In this document: piece by piece, positions 17,312 through 18,933 of the stretch | Layout: every line of letters starts with the position of its first letter | Numbering within the stretch: the first letter of the stretch is position 1 | Assembly: GCA_041752695.1 (NCBI GenBank) | Contig: JBGSVZ010000075.1 | Location: 1-18,933, forward strand | Length of the DNA: 18,933 nt | DNA from: Terrimicrobiaceae bacterium | GTDB lineage: Bacteria > Verrucomicrobiota > Verrucomicrobiia > Chthoniobacterales > Terrimicrobiaceae | Reading direction: 5' to 3' | The notes under the pieces: generated by a model | What the model was told of the DNA's origin: nothing | The model's input: only the letters and a program-made list of their open reading frames with translations | The model's database searches: none | Made by a program: the position numbers and the translations under genes

Positions 17312-17386
17312 AGAATGTTCCGCGACGAACTCGCGAACCGGGCCAAAGACGACGAACCTCCGCAAAATTCCTAAAACGGGATAAAA

Positions 17387-17519
17387 TTTTACAGGAGGCA
17401 ACGGAGAAAACGGAGGAGGGAGTTTTGAAAAAAGCAGGGGTGAAAATTGAACGTACCCTCCTGGCCAATCATCTCCACGAATTCCTCCTTCTCCGTTATC
17501 TCCGTTTGCTCCTGTAAAA
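17387..17519. repeat. Inverted pair of 3x9-mer arrays (MITE-like)
   Basis: TTTTACAGGAGGCAACGGAGAAAACGGAG (17387-17415) versus the reverse complement of 17491-17519 (TTTTACAGGAGCAAACGGAGATAACGGAG), 26/29. Confidence 0.82.
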
Positions 17520-17623
17520 ATTTCCTATCCGGGGCCATGCCATTCCCAACAGCCGTCCGTAGATCCGCCATCCGCAAATTCGAAACTTGAGAACCGCCCC
17601 TCCCACGACAAACCAACACCGTG

Positions 17624-17728
17624 ATGTCCGTCGAAGTTCTCGAAGCACTGAATGAGTCAGAAACGGAATTCCCCCGTGGTGAAGGCTTTTCCAATGAGGA
17701 AGTTCGCCGACGGCTCGGTCTCTCGTGA
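17624..17728 (+). pseudogene. Possible antitoxin C-terminal fragment
   Basis: Manual translation MSVEVLEALNESETEFPRGEGFSNEEVRRRLGLS* resembles the C-terminal 'G...EEVRRRLGL' pattern of type II antitoxins; no intact toxin follows. Confidence 0.35.
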
Positions 17729-18296
17729 GGCACCCAGTCAAAAATCGCCCTCCGGGCTATCCAGCCAGACCCCGCAGACACGTGCGACCATTTCCAAAAA
17801 GTCGTGCCAATTCACGCGAAATGTCGTTCCTTTGAAAATGCTGCATGCCCCACGGTGAACAGCCTCATTTCTCACGCGCTGATGGTCCGGGGAAAAATTT
17901 TCTCACCTGACCAAGGGCGGCAGCTTGCCACCACCACCAAACCAAACTCCTCTCTGGAGGGACACCCTTCGGCGTGCCCGTAACTCTTCCGACCCAAGCG
18001 CCAAAAAAACGCCGCCCGAAGTTACCAGCCCTTCCCTCCCGTTGCGCCAGAATGACTCAAAGAGGACAGTACATACCTCAAATCACCCTCGTCAAACCTG
18101 GGTAACTTGATAAATTTGATCCAACCAAGAAACCGAGATCCAATAAAAACCAGATGCCCACTTCCCACGTTATCCGGATTAAAGGCCAGTCGGATTCGCA
18201 CTCAGCAAACCTTCTAAAGCGCTGCTGCTCTGATACTTACAGACACTTCTCGCCTGTCAGTCTTCGCAGGATAGCATGACATCATGTTTTTCCAAT

Positions 18297-18328
18297 AACT
18301 CAACATATAACGCTACAATACGTTAGCA
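18297..18328 (+). other. Integron cassette insertion point (attI-like; core GTTAGCA at 18322-18328)
   Basis: GTTAGCA is the exact reverse complement of TGCTAAC at the cassette end. The upstream sequence is AT-rich and has no attC-type palindrome. Confidence 0.6.
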
Positions 18329-18334
18329 AATAAT

Positions 18335-18763
18335 ATGTCTCCTTGGATGACCGTTGGCGTAGTTGTTACGATCCTTATCGGATCGTTCTTCGTCGGAGGG
18401 GATGCGACGGCCAAGCGAAAGTTGAAGCAACTATTTTCCGGACGAGAACCGAATACAGAAGATCAGTTTTACAAGCGCTTTTTCGTGAATTCTGGAGTTC
18501 CGCAAAGTGTTGTGGCGAAGGTAAGAGAGATATTTCAAGAGCAGATTCCCTTTGACCTTTCCAAGCTGGAAGCAGACGACGACCTTTCTGGTGATTTCAA
18601 TGTGATTTGGAATCTGGATTCGATGGCAGACGTTGAGATTGTGATCGCTCTCGAAAAGAAATTTGATATCAAGATTACAGATGAGGAAGCGACTGCAATG
18701 AAGACGTTTCGCGCTGTCGTTGACGCTGTTTGGCAGAAGATCGATCAAAAACAAAAATGCTAA
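18335..18763 (+). CDS. Acyl-carrier-protein-like protein with N-terminal TM helix (integron cassette gene)
   Basis: LDSMADVEIVIALEKKFDIKITDEEA phosphopantetheine-site motif; hydrophobic N-terminus; lower GC than the flanking genes; the stop codon lies in the attC R'' box. Confidence 0.82.
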   Translation: MSPWMTVGVVVTILIGSFFVGGDATAKRKLKQLFSGREPNTEDQFYKRFFVNSGVPQSVVAKVREIFQEQIPFDLSKLEADDDLSGDFNVIWNLDSMADVEIVIALEKKFDIKITDEEATAMKTFRAVVDAVWQKIDQKQKC

Positions 18764-18933
18764 CGAGCCGATGGACTTAACCACGGGCAATGCCGCACTT
18801 TCGGTGGCAAGCGCGGTATCCGCTACCCGTTCAGGCACAGAGGCTGCGAAGACGAAGAGCAGCCTCTGTGCCTTCGCTCCCGCCGCTTTGATGGCAAGCG
18901 CCATTCCGCCCGTGGCAAGTCATCGGGGACGTT
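18758..18933 (+). mobile_element. Integron attC recombination site (last 4 nt outside the window)
   Basis: R'' TGCTAAC, 5-nt spacer, L'' GATGGACT ... L' AGTCATC, 6-nt spacer, GTT. L'' carries the canonical extra G. Nested stems CCACGGGC/GCCCGTGG and a perfect 15-bp hairpin (18833-18847/18859-18873). Confidence 0.9.

Noticed and set aside
17955..17980. TGGAGGGACACCCTTCGGCGTGCCCG, a possible decayed GGAG REP
   Set aside because: Single copy with an imperfect stem; too weak to call.
17730..18300. Integron integrase or cassette promoter
   Set aside because: No ORF of suitable size, no recognisable tyrosine-recombinase motif and no convincing -35/-10 pair.

Overview
GC-rich bacterial DNA, probably Verrucomicrobiota (inferred from gene content and repeat style). 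From left to right: (i) the left end of an IS3-family element inserted into a cardiolipin synthase gene; (ii) a minus-strand glcD-glcF-cls operon, split by a four-helix-bundle (23S rRNA IVP/Avd-like) gene that sits between 39-bp inverted repeats, each built from five 7-mers; (iii) a signalling/stress cluster with a LuxR response regulator, a sensor-less kinase with a degenerate ATP site, two receiver proteins, two ElaB/DUF883-like proteins, an NAD epimerase and EamA; (iv) an SPFH/flotillin gene and an 1849-aa AAA 'DNA repair ATPase' gene, separated by a REP doublet; (v) an AT-richer tail holding a canonical integron gene cassette (a membrane-anchored ACP-like gene plus a long attC) with no integrase in the window. 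The most striking signal is the 5x7-mer repeat. It brackets the four-helix-bundle gene as an inverted pair and reappears alone, in frame, inside the ATPase gene, next to REP hairpins and other 7-mer arrays. This suggests an uncharacterised repeat-plus-protein mobile or RNA-level system.
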